NCBI RefSeq assembly: GCF_006345805.1
Contig: NW_021824266.1
Location: 1-19,377, forward strand
Length of the DNA: 19,377 nucleotides
Direction: 5' to 3'
Source of the DNA: Octopus sinensis
Taxonomy: Eukaryota
Positions 1 to 9,341 of this stretch are shown in pieces. The position numbers and the translations under genes are program-made. Positions within the stretch are counted from its first letter, which is position 1; each line of letters opens with the position of its first letter. Below the pieces are notes generated by a model. That model did no database searches. It was given only the letters and a program-made list of their open reading frames with translations, and was not told the origin of the DNA.

Positions 1-157
1 TAATAATATAATAATAATAATAATAATATACGCCGAACACTTTCCATACAATAACCATCAGAGCATCACAACAAATCACAGCCCATACCCAAGGCACACA
101 GAGCTGTGCTCGGTAGTGAAGTGAAAGCACGCTATAAAAATAAAACTACTGAATAAT
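1..157 (+). mobile_element. 3' terminus of an R4/Dong-like (RLE) non-LTR retrotransposon next to a (TAA)n tract
   Basis: (TAA)n at 1-27. Positions 28-54 read IRRTLSIQ*, resembling the LLGTAxILRK/R..* ORF end seen at 15820. A short 3' UTR ends in AAAACTACTGAATAAT. Dong/R4 elements are known to target TAA repeats. Confidence 0.6.
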
Positions 158-232
158 ATACTAATATTTGTAAGCTTAAAATTTATAGCGGACCACCGCG
201 CAATGACTAAGGAAAATATGCTATATTATATA

Positions 233-528
233 TGTATAAAGGATCTTGGGTAAGGCCAAAACAATACGAAGTAATTGCAAGGTAAATCACAAGCAAAACA
301 AATATGTGAATTAATGTAGACTTATCTTGTATTCAAAATTTCGGGGTTATGACCCCATTTTCAAGAAATTGACGACTGTTGCAACAAGCGTCAATTTCTT
401 GAAACTGGGGTCATAACCCCGAAATTTGGAATACAAGATAATCTACATTAATTCACATATTTTTTTTTCTTTGATTTACCTTGCAATTACTTCGTATTGT
501 TTTGGCCTTACCCACGGTCCTTTATACA
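233..528. repeat. ~296-bp near-perfect palindrome, probably an inverted pair of Penelope-like terminal repeats
   Basis: Left arm TGTATAAAGGATCTTGGGTAAGGCCAAAACAATACGAAGTAATTGCAAGGTAAATCA... is the reverse complement of right arm ...TGATTTACCTTGCAATTACTTCGTATTGTTTTGGCCTTACCCACGGTCCTTTATACA. The centre TGTTGCAACA (377-386) is itself palindromic. Confidence 0.9.
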
Positions 529-573
529 ATATACTCTACACAATGCTTCATAGTAATTATTCCATTATAATAT

Positions 574-604
574 GTATACATACATACATACATACATACA
601 TACA
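574..604. repeat. (TACA)n microsatellite
   Basis: Direct reading of the sequence. Confidence 0.95.
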
Positions 605-813
605 GGGAGCATCCTTAACTCCAGAACAGAGATTTTCGGGCCATGTTTACATTTTAGGAAATTCCTGTTAGTCTTTTGGGGCCCTTAAGATGGCGGCACA
701 GCCAGAAATCAATAGCCAATGGCAAAGGGAGACAATCCCTTTGTAGCGTGGTTTTCCCCCCCTCTATATTTTGAAGATGTCTAAGACCAATAGGTTTTGA
801 GGTCTGACGATAC
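603..813 (+). mobile_element. Partial Penelope-like terminal repeat (end of endonuclease ORF plus 3' UTR), direct repeat of 1263-1471
   Basis: Near-identical to 1263-1471 and encodes GSILNSRTEIFGPCLHFRKFLLVFWGP*. It breaks off just after the CTGACGA hammerhead core and runs into (TACA)n. Confidence 0.85.
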
Positions 814-827
814 ATACATACATATAT

Positions 828-983
828 GCAACATCAACAGCAATAGTGACAACAACACCATCTTCACCATAACCGGCAGTGGTGATAACATTACCGACAC
901 CACCACCACCTCCAGCAACGCCAACACCTGCAGCTCCAGCTCTAACAACAGCAATATCGGCGACAACAGCAGCCACAACAGCA
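828..983. repeat. Degenerate (CAA/CAG/CAC)n low-complexity tract
   Basis: Trinucleotide periodicity, which produces the poly-N/S/T/A ORFs in several frames. Confidence 0.8.
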
Positions 984-1348
984 ATAGGTGCTGCATCGAC
1001 AACACCCGCCCACGAAGTTACATCGGTTGTACCGGGAATTCTCTCAAGCAACGTGTTTCCAACGATAGGTCATTCTTCTTAGTTCTGGAAAGGAGATACG
1101 TAACATCGCTAGCCAGCCATGTCTAGCAACTAAGAGACGATGGGATCCCATACTTGACCTCATGGAAAATCCTCGATATCCCTGGCCCTTACATCAACAG
1201 GACAAAGCGTTGCAAGTTATGCATAGCTGAACGTGCGAGAATCCTAAAAGACTCGCTCGAACCAGGGAGCATCCTTAACTCCAGAACAGAGATTTTCGGG
1301 CCATATTTACATTTTAGGAAATTCCTGTTAGCCTTTTGGGGCCATTAA
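984..1348 (+). pseudogene. Penelope-like element GIY-YIG endonuclease C-terminal fragment (5'-truncated, one in-frame stop)
   Basis: ORFs 797..1126 and 1154..1348 share a frame: RCCIDNTRPRSYIGCTGNSLKQRVSN...TSLASHV*QLRDDGIPYLTSWKIL...PY...KRCKLCIAE...ILNSRTEIFGPYLHFRKFLL. YIG, CxLC and LNxRxE motifs are typical of the PLE endonuclease. TAG at 1124 sits at a conserved W position. Confidence 0.85.
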
Positions 1349-1450
1349 GATGGCGGCACAGCCAGAAATCGATAGCCAATGGCAAAGGGAGACAATCCCT
1401 TTGTAGCGTGGTTTTCCCCCTCCATTTTTTGAAGATGTCTAAGACCAACA

Positions 1451-1524
1451 GGGTTTGAGGTCTGACGATACGCCATAAAACTAAACCCTTTGTGGACGGG
1501 AAACCCAGGGTAATCCCATAAACC
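1451..1524 (+). ncRNA. Type I hammerhead ribozyme in the Penelope-like 3' UTR
   Basis: CTGACGA 1462-1468; stem II CGCCATAAA/TTTGTGGACG; GAAA 1500-1503; stem III ACCC-A-GGGT; GUA cleavage triplet ending at 1512; imperfect stem I GGTTTGAGGT/ATCCCATAAACC. Confidence 0.75.
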
Positions 1525-1538
1525 GACCTTCCCCACTT

Positions 1539-1656
1539 TGTATGTATGTATGTATGTATGTATGCATGCATGTATGTATGTATGTATGTATGTATGTATG
1601 TATGTATGTATGTATGTATGTATGTATGTATGTGTTCATGTATGTATGTATGTATA
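1539..1656. repeat. (TATG)n microsatellite
   Basis: Direct reading of the sequence. Confidence 0.97.
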
Positions 1657-1872
1657 CGAAGGGTGCTGAAAAGTTCCTGGCTTTAAGGGTGTCACGAAAG
1701 GCCTGGCTGGAGGCCCAACTTTCCGAGTTCTTTTACAGGGCTTAGAAAAACTGAAGGTCCGCTGTAATAAGTGTGTGAATCTGAGAGGAGAATATGTTGA
1801 ATAAAATCATAATTAACTGATTCTCCTGTATTTTCTTTTACCCAAAGTCAGAAACTTTTCAGTACACCCTTT
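1657..1872 (+). mobile_element. Non-autonomous mariner deletion derivative (MITE)
   Basis: TIRs CGAAGGGTGCTGAAAAGTTCCTGGCTTT and AAAGTCAGAAACTTTTCAGTACACCCTTT, with TA on both sides. It retains a mariner transposase C-terminus, QGLEKLKVRCNKCVNLRGEYVE* (1736-1804). Confidence 0.88.
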
Positions 1873-2061
1873 TATATATAAGCAAGGGTGAAGAATCGAC
1901 GTGATCCGAGATGGTAACCCAAGAGCGTAGGATAATTAAAGAGTTAAGGTACCCCAAAATATTGGTCAGATAAACGTGGAAGGACCGCGAGAGCGTGCAA
2001 AAATAAAGCAAATAAAAGAAAGACAATAACAAAACCCAAGGAAAGCTCACAGTTAATATTA

Positions 2062-4394
2062 CAGTGATACCTCTCAGTACGAGTTTAATTCGTTCAATGA
2101 CCGAGCTCGTTTTACGATTTACTCCTTTTACACATCAATTTTCCCTATTGAAATTAATTAAAATATAATCCGCTCCAGCCCCCAAAATCAGCCCAAAGTC
2201 ATCTTTTTATGGGTTTAAAACAGAAAAGGTGCAGTTACAAGGAAAATAACAATTATAAATACATAATAAAAGAGAACGCAAAAGAAATATGTAAACTGAT
2301 CTTATTAATTTAATTACCTTGAAGATGGGACGATTTGTGCGTGAGGAAGACGATGAAACGAGGAGGAGGATTATTGTCTGGAGAGAGAATCTCCTTCCAT
2401 TAAGACTTCAGGAAGAACAATTCCTGGCATTTTCTCCTCACTTTACTTAATTTAGGCTTTTTAGACACACGTTCTTCACTTTTCACACTTGCAAGTCGTT
2501 TCATTAGAAACATATCAACAGAAGTCTTCTTTTCCCTACTTTTCAAAATGTTACGAAAATGCACCAGAGCAGTGTCATTTAATAAAGCAGCTGCACGACC
2601 TGTAGATACTTTTACAAATTCAAAAACATACTACCATTTTGCCAATACTGCCTTTATGTCACTTCTCCGCTACACTATCTTTCTCCGGGGAACCAATTTA
2701 TACCACTGCATCCGAATGCTGATGCTCCTGAACCCGCACGTGTTCATCTGCCGTCAGCTTCTCTGAGTGTTCCTCGATGAGATCGTTAATGTCTCCATCG
2801 TCAACCTCGAGGCCAAGAGACACTATTTTCTCGACTACAGGTGTCTCAGACTCAAACCCCTCGAAGTCACTTTTGGATACACAGTCACACCACAGTTTCC
2901 TCCATGCAGAATTCAGCGTTCTCCTTGTTACTCCCTACCAGACCATATCGATGATTTTCAGGCAGTTAATAATGTTGTAGTGCTCCTTCCAAAACTCACG
3001 AAGGGTTAGATTTCTATTTTTGGTGAATTCAAAGCACCGATGAAAGAGGTGCTTGGTGTACAATTTCTTAAAATTAGAAATCACCTATTGGTCCATGGGC
3101 TGCAAGATAAGGGCAGTGTTGCGTAGAAGTTACAGAATTTTTATGAAATTAAATTCATCTAGGATATCATCTTCGAAGTTAGAAGGGTGAGCAGGAGCAT
3201 TGTCGAGGATGAGGAGGACCGCTGAGAGGAAGATCGTTCTCCAGAAGGTGCTTTTTCACTGCTGGTCCGAAGATAAAGATAACCCGCTCAGTGAAGTATT
3301 GCTTGGTGACCCAGGCTTTAACGTTTGCCCTCCACATGACCTGCAGCTTCTCCTTCAGGATTTTGTGCGACTTGAACGCTCGTGGGTTTTCGGAATGGTA
3401 GACAAGGAGCGGTTTAATCTTCAAGTCTCCACTGGCATTGACACAAAGGGTAAGAGTTGGCCTATCTTTCATAGGCTTGAGGTCTGGCATTTTTTTCTCC
3501 TCTGCAGTTATGTAGTTCTTTTCGGTATTTTTTTCCAAAAAGGGCCAGTTTCATCATAGTTGAATACCTGTTGTGCGATGTACCCCTCAGTTGCGATGAG
3601 CTGACGGAATTCACGCACGAAATCCTCAGCTGCCTTTGTGTCACAACTCGCATCCTCTCCATATCTGACGACGCTATGAATACCAGTCCTCTTCTTGAAA
3701 TTATAGAATCAGCTGCGACTGGCCTTAAATGCATCTGCTGATGTCTCTTCCGTCGATGTTCCAGGGTTCAGGAGATCCCCATACAGCGCCCGTGCTTTCT
3801 CGCAGATGATGGTCTCCGTATTCGAACCCCCTGTTAGTTGCTTCTCGTTGACCCACAGGAGAAACAATTTTTCCATCTCTTCGTGGACAAATGTTTGTTG
3901 CTTGGAGAGCCTGGAGACATCCTTTGCTGTTGTAACGGCCTTGATTTTGTCCTTTTACTTCAGGATGGTGCAGATTGTCGACATGCTTCGGTCGTATTGA
4001 CGTGTTATTTCCACAACACGCGCTCCTCTCTCATATTTAACAATGATTTCCTTCCTCAATTCTATCGTAATCAGCTTTTTCTTCTTCTCAGCAGCAGCCC
4101 TTTGCACTAGCCTTCTTCGGACCCATCGTTTACACAACTATTATAAAATGATAGCAAAAATCGCACAAGACTAAAAAAAAAAACACACTGGGAAAAACAC
4201 AACAGGGATGCTACTATAATGAGATAAACACGTGAACTGAGTGAGCGGTGGGTGCATGTGCGAGCTCAGCACCGACTAACTGTCGCTTGTGTGAAACTCG
4301 CTCGTAGTGCGGATTTCTACTCGTACTTCAAGACAAAAATTCGCACGAGCCTCGGTACTTGTACAATAGTGCACTCGTACTCGAGGCTCTACTG
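2062..4394 (-). mobile_element. Full-length Tigger/pogo DNA transposon (~2.33 kb), decayed
   Basis: TIRs CAGTGATACCTCTCAGTACGAGT and (reverse complement) CAGTAGAGCCTCGAGTACGAGT. TA target duplication at 2060-2061 and 4395-4396. Internal transposase remnant. Confidence 0.92.
2371..4126 (-). pseudogene. Tigger/pogo transposase (HTH_psq, CENP-B HTH, DDE_1) with frameshifts and stops
   Basis: Starts MGPKKAS at 4126. Segments read KKKKLITIELRKEIIVKYERG..STICTILK; LLWVNEKQL..ICEKARALY; QVFNYDETG; KPMKDRPTLTLCVNASGDLKIKPLLVYHSENPRAFK; LILDNAPAHP; LQPMDQ; and end ...LPEVLMEGDSLSRQ* at 2371. Confidence 0.92.
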
Positions 4395-4893
4395 TATAAC
4401 GTTTGAGATATAGTCCTTTGTCAGATACCAGAGAAAAGTTCAGGAGAAACTGGGAAGAGAGAAAAGATGAGTGAAGGTAGCCAGAAGTGGGGGGAAACGT
4501 ACGTAGATTACGTTCACATATTCTTTTTCTGACTGTATTTGAATTAGCTACACACGCGCGCGCACATATAGGCGTGGATTGAAAAAGCTGTTATTAAATC
4601 CATCTCCACCTCCACCTTCCAGAAGTACCCATTAATGGGACTGATGACAGATGATGCTGCTGGGAATAAAATATAACCAAATCTAAGTGTTCGGTAAGGT
4701 GACTCTATATTTACTCAATTAGACCACCCCTGTTACAGCAAGCCCGGAAGAAAAATTAGTGACGTTGTTACCCAGAGTGTGGCGCAAGTGAATCTAATGG
4801 CCCACTCTTTGATGATTCTAGTGCACTAATATAAATTGTACTCTTATAACAAGAACTGTTCACGTCAAAGTATTATTGATTTTAAAGCAGAAT

Positions 4894-5015
4894 TCTCTCT
4901 TCTCTCTCCCTCTGTTTCTCATTTCCCCACCTCTCCTTCTTCTCTCCTTCTCTTTCTTTCTCTCTCCCTCTTTTTCTATTACTCTCTCTTTCTCTTCCCC
5001 TTCTCTGCAATCTCC
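4894..5015. repeat. CT-rich polypyrimidine low-complexity tract
   Basis: Direct reading of the sequence. Confidence 0.85.
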
Positions 5016-5327
5016 TTAACACCGTTTTTTGATTTTTACCGATTTTCTTTGATAAGGGGGAAAAAAAGAAAGAAAATACTGACCAAGGTTTGAAGGTTAT
5101 CAGAATTAGTGTACGTTTATTGATTATTATCGTGGAACCTTTCAATCAAATAGAAAGGGACTCTTTGATCAGTTTGTTTTGCTTCAACGACGTTTTAATG
5201 TCTGTGAGAGCAGTTGATACGTGGCTATCGAATACAATAAATTGTATCATCATAGCAAGTATTTAACCTATATTTAGATTCCCGCTTTCTTCTATTGACC
5301 CAAGATATAAGATATTCATTAGAGTAG

Positions 5328-5374
5328 CCATGACGCCTATTGCCTATAGCACCATGACGCCTATTGCCTATAGC
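5328..5374. repeat. Exact tandem duplication of the 23-mer CCATGACGCCTATTGCCTATAGC (period 24)
   Basis: Copies at 5328-5350 and 5352-5374. Confidence 0.95.
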
Positions 5375-5925
5375 GAAGCTTTTGAAGTTAATATTGGAGC
5401 ATGAAAGTCAAAGCATATTACAAGTGACTCACTCATTATTACTATAAGAAAGAAGTGAAAGAATGCGAGGGTGTTTTTCAAAAAAAAAAAAAAAATGAAT
5501 AAATAAAAATCACAATTCTGAAAACGATTTCAGATTTAGGTGTATCGAATCTATCGATTAATTTATTGTTACGTCTGTGACTCACTGTAATTTGGCAAAG
5601 ATCCAAGGATTTCCAAGTGGAGTTGTTAGCACTAATTAATGGTTTAATATACTGTGCTCAGTATAAACAGATTAGAAATTGGGTTAAAATTGTAAAAACT
5701 ATTTTAATTATTAACCTCTTCGTGATTCTTTCAAATATTTCACTCTGAGTTTCAATTTACCATTTCAATAGTTTTCACATGCCATTTCTATCTCTCCCAG
5801 CATGCAGTCTATAAAGCGTGTGTGTAGGCGATTTCGCTAACTTGCACAGTCTCGAATATTCGAAATTACTATGCAACTGACCAAATTCATTTAACGAACG
5901 ATTTATTACAATAATATAATCAATA

Positions 5926-6340
5926 CGCAGGAGTGGCTGTGTGGTAAGTAGCTTGCTAACCAACCACATGGTTCCGGGTTCAGTCCCACTGCGTGGCATC
6001 TTGGGCAAGTGTCTTCTGCTATAGCAACGGGCCGACCAATGCCTTGTGAGTGGATTTGGTAGGCGGAAACTGAAAGAAGCCTGTCGTATATATGTATATA
6101 TATATATATGTGTGTGTGTTTGTGTGTCTGTGTTTGTCCCCCTAGCATTGCTTGACAACCGATGCTGGTGTGTTTACGTCCCCGTCACTTAGCGGTTCGG
6201 CAAAAGAGACCGATAGAATAAGTACTGGGCTTACAAAGAATAAGTCCCGGGGTCGATTTGCTCGACTAAAAGGCGGTGCTCCAGCATGGCCGCAGTCAAA
6301 TGACTGAAACAAGTAAAAGAGTAAAAAAGAAAAAAAGAGT
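5926..6340 (+). mobile_element. Full-length tRNA-derived SINE, family A (octopus-type)
   Basis: A-box-like TGGCTGTGTGG and B-box-like GGTTCAGTCCC. Internal (TA)n(TG)n and an A-rich tail (AAGTAAAAGAG...). Homologous copies at ~7805 and 19187. Confidence 0.9.
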
Positions 6341-6706
6341 AATACATCAATGATAATTCAAGAGGTGCTCGCCGAACAACAAGAATCGAAACAATAACGT
6401 ATCAGCCTTCTCTAAATATGTTCAGGAAGATTAAAAGGTGAATGGAATATCTGATCATTGGAAAACATCTTCACCCGTTTGATGATGTGTGGTCATAACA
6501 TACGTGATTCGCCGGTGCGTAGGGATGTTGAGATATGCGGTGTTTTGACCTCATTGTTTGTCTTGACAGTGTCAAAGCTACCTCGCCAGACTGATGAAAC
6601 TAACAAGAGTACGAGCAGCAATAAGATACACACGTTCGAATCTACCAGAACATATTAAGAATGAATAGGTACGTTACTGTAATATACCAACATATTATCA
6701 GAGAGA

Positions 6707-6927
6707 GCGATGAGCTGGCAAAATCCTTAGCACGCCGGGCGAAATGCTTTGCGGCATTTCGTCCGTTTTTATGTTCAGAGTTCAAATTCCACCGAGGTCG
6801 ACTTTGTCTTTCATCATTTCGAGGTCGATAAAATAAGTACCAGTTGAGCACTGGGTCGATGTAATCGACTTACCCTTTTCCAATTCCACCAAAATTGCTA
6901 GCTTTGTGCCAAAATTTGAAACTAGTG
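6707..6927 (+). mobile_element. tRNA-derived SINE, family B (CORE-like)
   Basis: Head GCGATGAGCTGGCAAAATCCTTAGCACGCCGG, B-box GAGTTCAAATTCC, and a CORE-like CTTTCATCATTTCGAGGTCGATAAAATAAGTACC. A degenerate homolog lies at ~12183. Confidence 0.8.
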
Positions 6928-6997
6928 TTTTTGTTACATGTGTATGAATTATAGAATAAAACAAGACCAGAACGGTTTATTCCCCCATCCCACCACC

Positions 6998-7059
<62 letters not shown>
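6998..7059. repeat. (CT)n microsatellite
   Basis: Direct reading of the sequence. Confidence 0.97.
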
Positions 7060-7063
<4 letters not shown>

Positions 7064-7438
7064 TAATCTACTCTGTTATGGTCAGTTACAGGTATCTTTT
7101 TGTTATTGTTGTCTTCATAACAATCGTTTCACTTATCACTTCTCACTTGATATTGTCAAAGAAAAAAATAACAAACCCACAATGATTTTCCAGTTCCTTT
7201 TGATATTCTTGAATTACCCAAACTTATTAATATTCTCATGTTGTCCTGATAGTGACTCTATCCCACCACCGACAACGGTCATGCAGTTTAAGTATCCTTT
7301 AAGTGAGAGGATAATGTAGTCCGTAACAACAAGAACAATAACGTTGCTCATTGGTCCAAAACTAACTTTTTAGCTCTCCGTGAATGCAATTGAAATTAAA
7401 ATAAAAATAAAAATAGTTATCTATGTAGTATACTAAAG

Positions 7439-7449
7439 ATATATATATT

Positions 7450-7542
<93 letters not shown>
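7439..7542. repeat. (TA)n microsatellite
   Basis: Direct reading of the sequence. Confidence 0.97.
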
Positions 7543-7545
<3 letters not shown>

Positions 7546-7804
7546 CGTAGAGAATGCATCAGAGAAAATTATGGTTCATTGACATATTATGAATAGATTT
7601 CTTCTCTGACAAAAACCAGAGCAGCTTACCTTCTCAACGGTGTATGATACACAGCTGGTTAACAAATTATCCACAATGAAGTTCAGTCTATTGAAGACTT
7701 TTATTACATAATTAAATATGAAACAAAATACTCAGCAATTTGATCTTTAATAGCGTTAAATTCCTTAAATTGGCAAAAATAGCTTCAAAATATTTGGTAC
7801 CTTG

Positions 7805-8138
7805 GGGCAGCTTGGGCAAGTGTCTTCTACTATAGCCTCGGGCCTCGCGAGTGGATTTGGTAGACGGAAACTGAAAGAAGCCCGTCGTATATAAGTTTAT
7901 AAATATATGTATATATATATATGTTTGTGAGTCTGTGTTTGGTCTCCCCAACATCGCTTGACAACCGATGCTGGTGTGTTTATGCCCCCATAACTTAGTG
8001 GCTCGGCAAAAGAGATCCGATAGAATAAGTACTAGGCTTACAAAGAATAAGTCCTGGGGTCGATTTGCTCGACTATAGGTGGTGCTCCAACGTGGCCGCA
8101 GTCAAATGACTGTAAAAAGTAGAAGACTAAAAGAGAGT
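7805..8138 (+). mobile_element. 5'-truncated SINE family A copy
   Basis: Aligns by eye to ~5996-6340 (CTTGGGCAAGTGTCTTCT...GGTGCTCCA...GCAGTCAAATGACTG) and lacks the tRNA head. Confidence 0.9.
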
Positions 8139-8276
8139 ATGCGAGTAAACCATCTGTGTTACATACATTTGATACTGTTCGGTGGTTTTGAAAATTACAC
8201 AATTAATGGTGCAAATACTTGTATTTCATTTGAGCGAAGTTGTTTATATATTTTATAGATATTTTTTATAGATACA

Positions 8277-8520
8277 CGTTGTGTGTGTATGTGCTTGTGT
8301 GCATGTGTGTGTATGTGTACGTGTGTGTTTTTTGTGTGTGCTTGAGTGTTTGTATGTGTCTGGTGTGCGTGTAAATATGCGTATATGTGTGCGAATGTGA
8401 GAGCGTGTGTGTGTTTGTAATGTGTGTGTGTGCGCGCGTGCATGAGTGTGAATTTCTCTCTCTCTCTCTCTCTCTCTCCTCCCCTCTCTGCCTCCCTTCC
8501 TCTCCCTCTCTTTCTCTTTC
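8277..8520. repeat. Degenerate (TG)n followed by a (CT)-rich tract
   Basis: Direct reading of the sequence. Confidence 0.9.
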
Positions 8521-8879
8521 CGTATGTGGTAGGTGTATTTGTATATAATGTTTATAAAGTGCCTGATAAAGTACACGACATAAAAACTATTGAGTTAGAA
8601 CACCATATGTTCCATTATCCTTCAAAACAGAAGCTTGGAAAGGGGATTTGTGTAATATCGATATTTCATGTTACAAATTTCGTTGACTATAATAACATAC
8701 AAAAAAAATGAAAGAAAGAAACAGAAGAGAACATTTTTTACACAGGCTTCAATGAAAATGCCAAACAGTTTGCATGAAGGTTAACCTTATGCAATCCTTC
8801 ACCGTCATTTCCCGAGAGGTTGTAACGGGAGACGTTATCCCGTCAGATGACTCGAATTATAGCAGCAAATTACACAATG

Positions 8880-8995
8880 GGCTCCGCACAGTTTCTATTT
8901 AATTTCCAAAGGTGCCAAGAAGTGAAACGATACTGGAAACCACACGTGGTTGAGAAACAAACTTCTTAACTATACAGCTTTTCCTTCCTGCGCCT
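8880..8995 (-). mobile_element. Old, internally deleted SINE related to family A
   Basis: Reverse complement GCTGTATAGTTAAGAAGTTTGTTTCTCAACCACGTGTGGTTTCC...TGGCACCTTTGG / TAGAAACTGTGCGGAGCCC resembles the family A head and body. It lies next to (TG)n at 8996-9020. Confidence 0.55.
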
Positions 8996-9341
8996 TGTGT
9001 GTGTGTGTGTGTGTGTGTGTCTGATATACACAATTCCATTCCACTGTCCCCAACCTGCTCATCTTTTCACTCGTGACCCATAAATTGTTTACTGCAAACC
9101 ACACCCAAACGCAGCACTATGCCCAGTCTTCTCTGGAATTCCCTTTGGAATTCTCCTAATTTTTGCAAGTTTTCCGCTTACGACAGTTAACTGTATCTAA
9201 TTCACAGGTCTAGAAGGAACTTCAAAGAGCATAGTTGCAGCTCCTTCCTCCAATCTAAACTAAAATGAAAATCCTTTCAGAGTAGAGAGAAGGAACATTC
9301 AACAAAGGGCGAGGGGACGATAAGCTTTCATTAACAACTAA

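Noticed and set aside
764-1082. Overlapping ORFs rich in P/T/A, V/G or N/S
   Set aside because: They are translations of a degenerate trinucleotide tract. Only the portion from ~984 in the 797 frame has real homology.
2548-4110. Plus-strand ORFs within the Tigger element
   Set aside because: They are antisense shadows of the minus-strand transposase.
4700-4830. Possible host exon in unique-looking sequence
   Set aside because: No recognisable peptide and no convincing splice sites.
5328-5374. CRISPR-like direct repeat
   Set aside because: Only two adjacent copies, no spacer, and a eukaryotic context.
5926-6000. Possible tRNA gene (A and B boxes)
   Set aside because: It continues into a repeated SINE body and has no poly-T terminator or clean cloverleaf.
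6590-6650. CTGATGA hammerhead box (also at ~4641 and ~15282)
   Set aside because: No properly placed stem II, GAAA and UH downstream.
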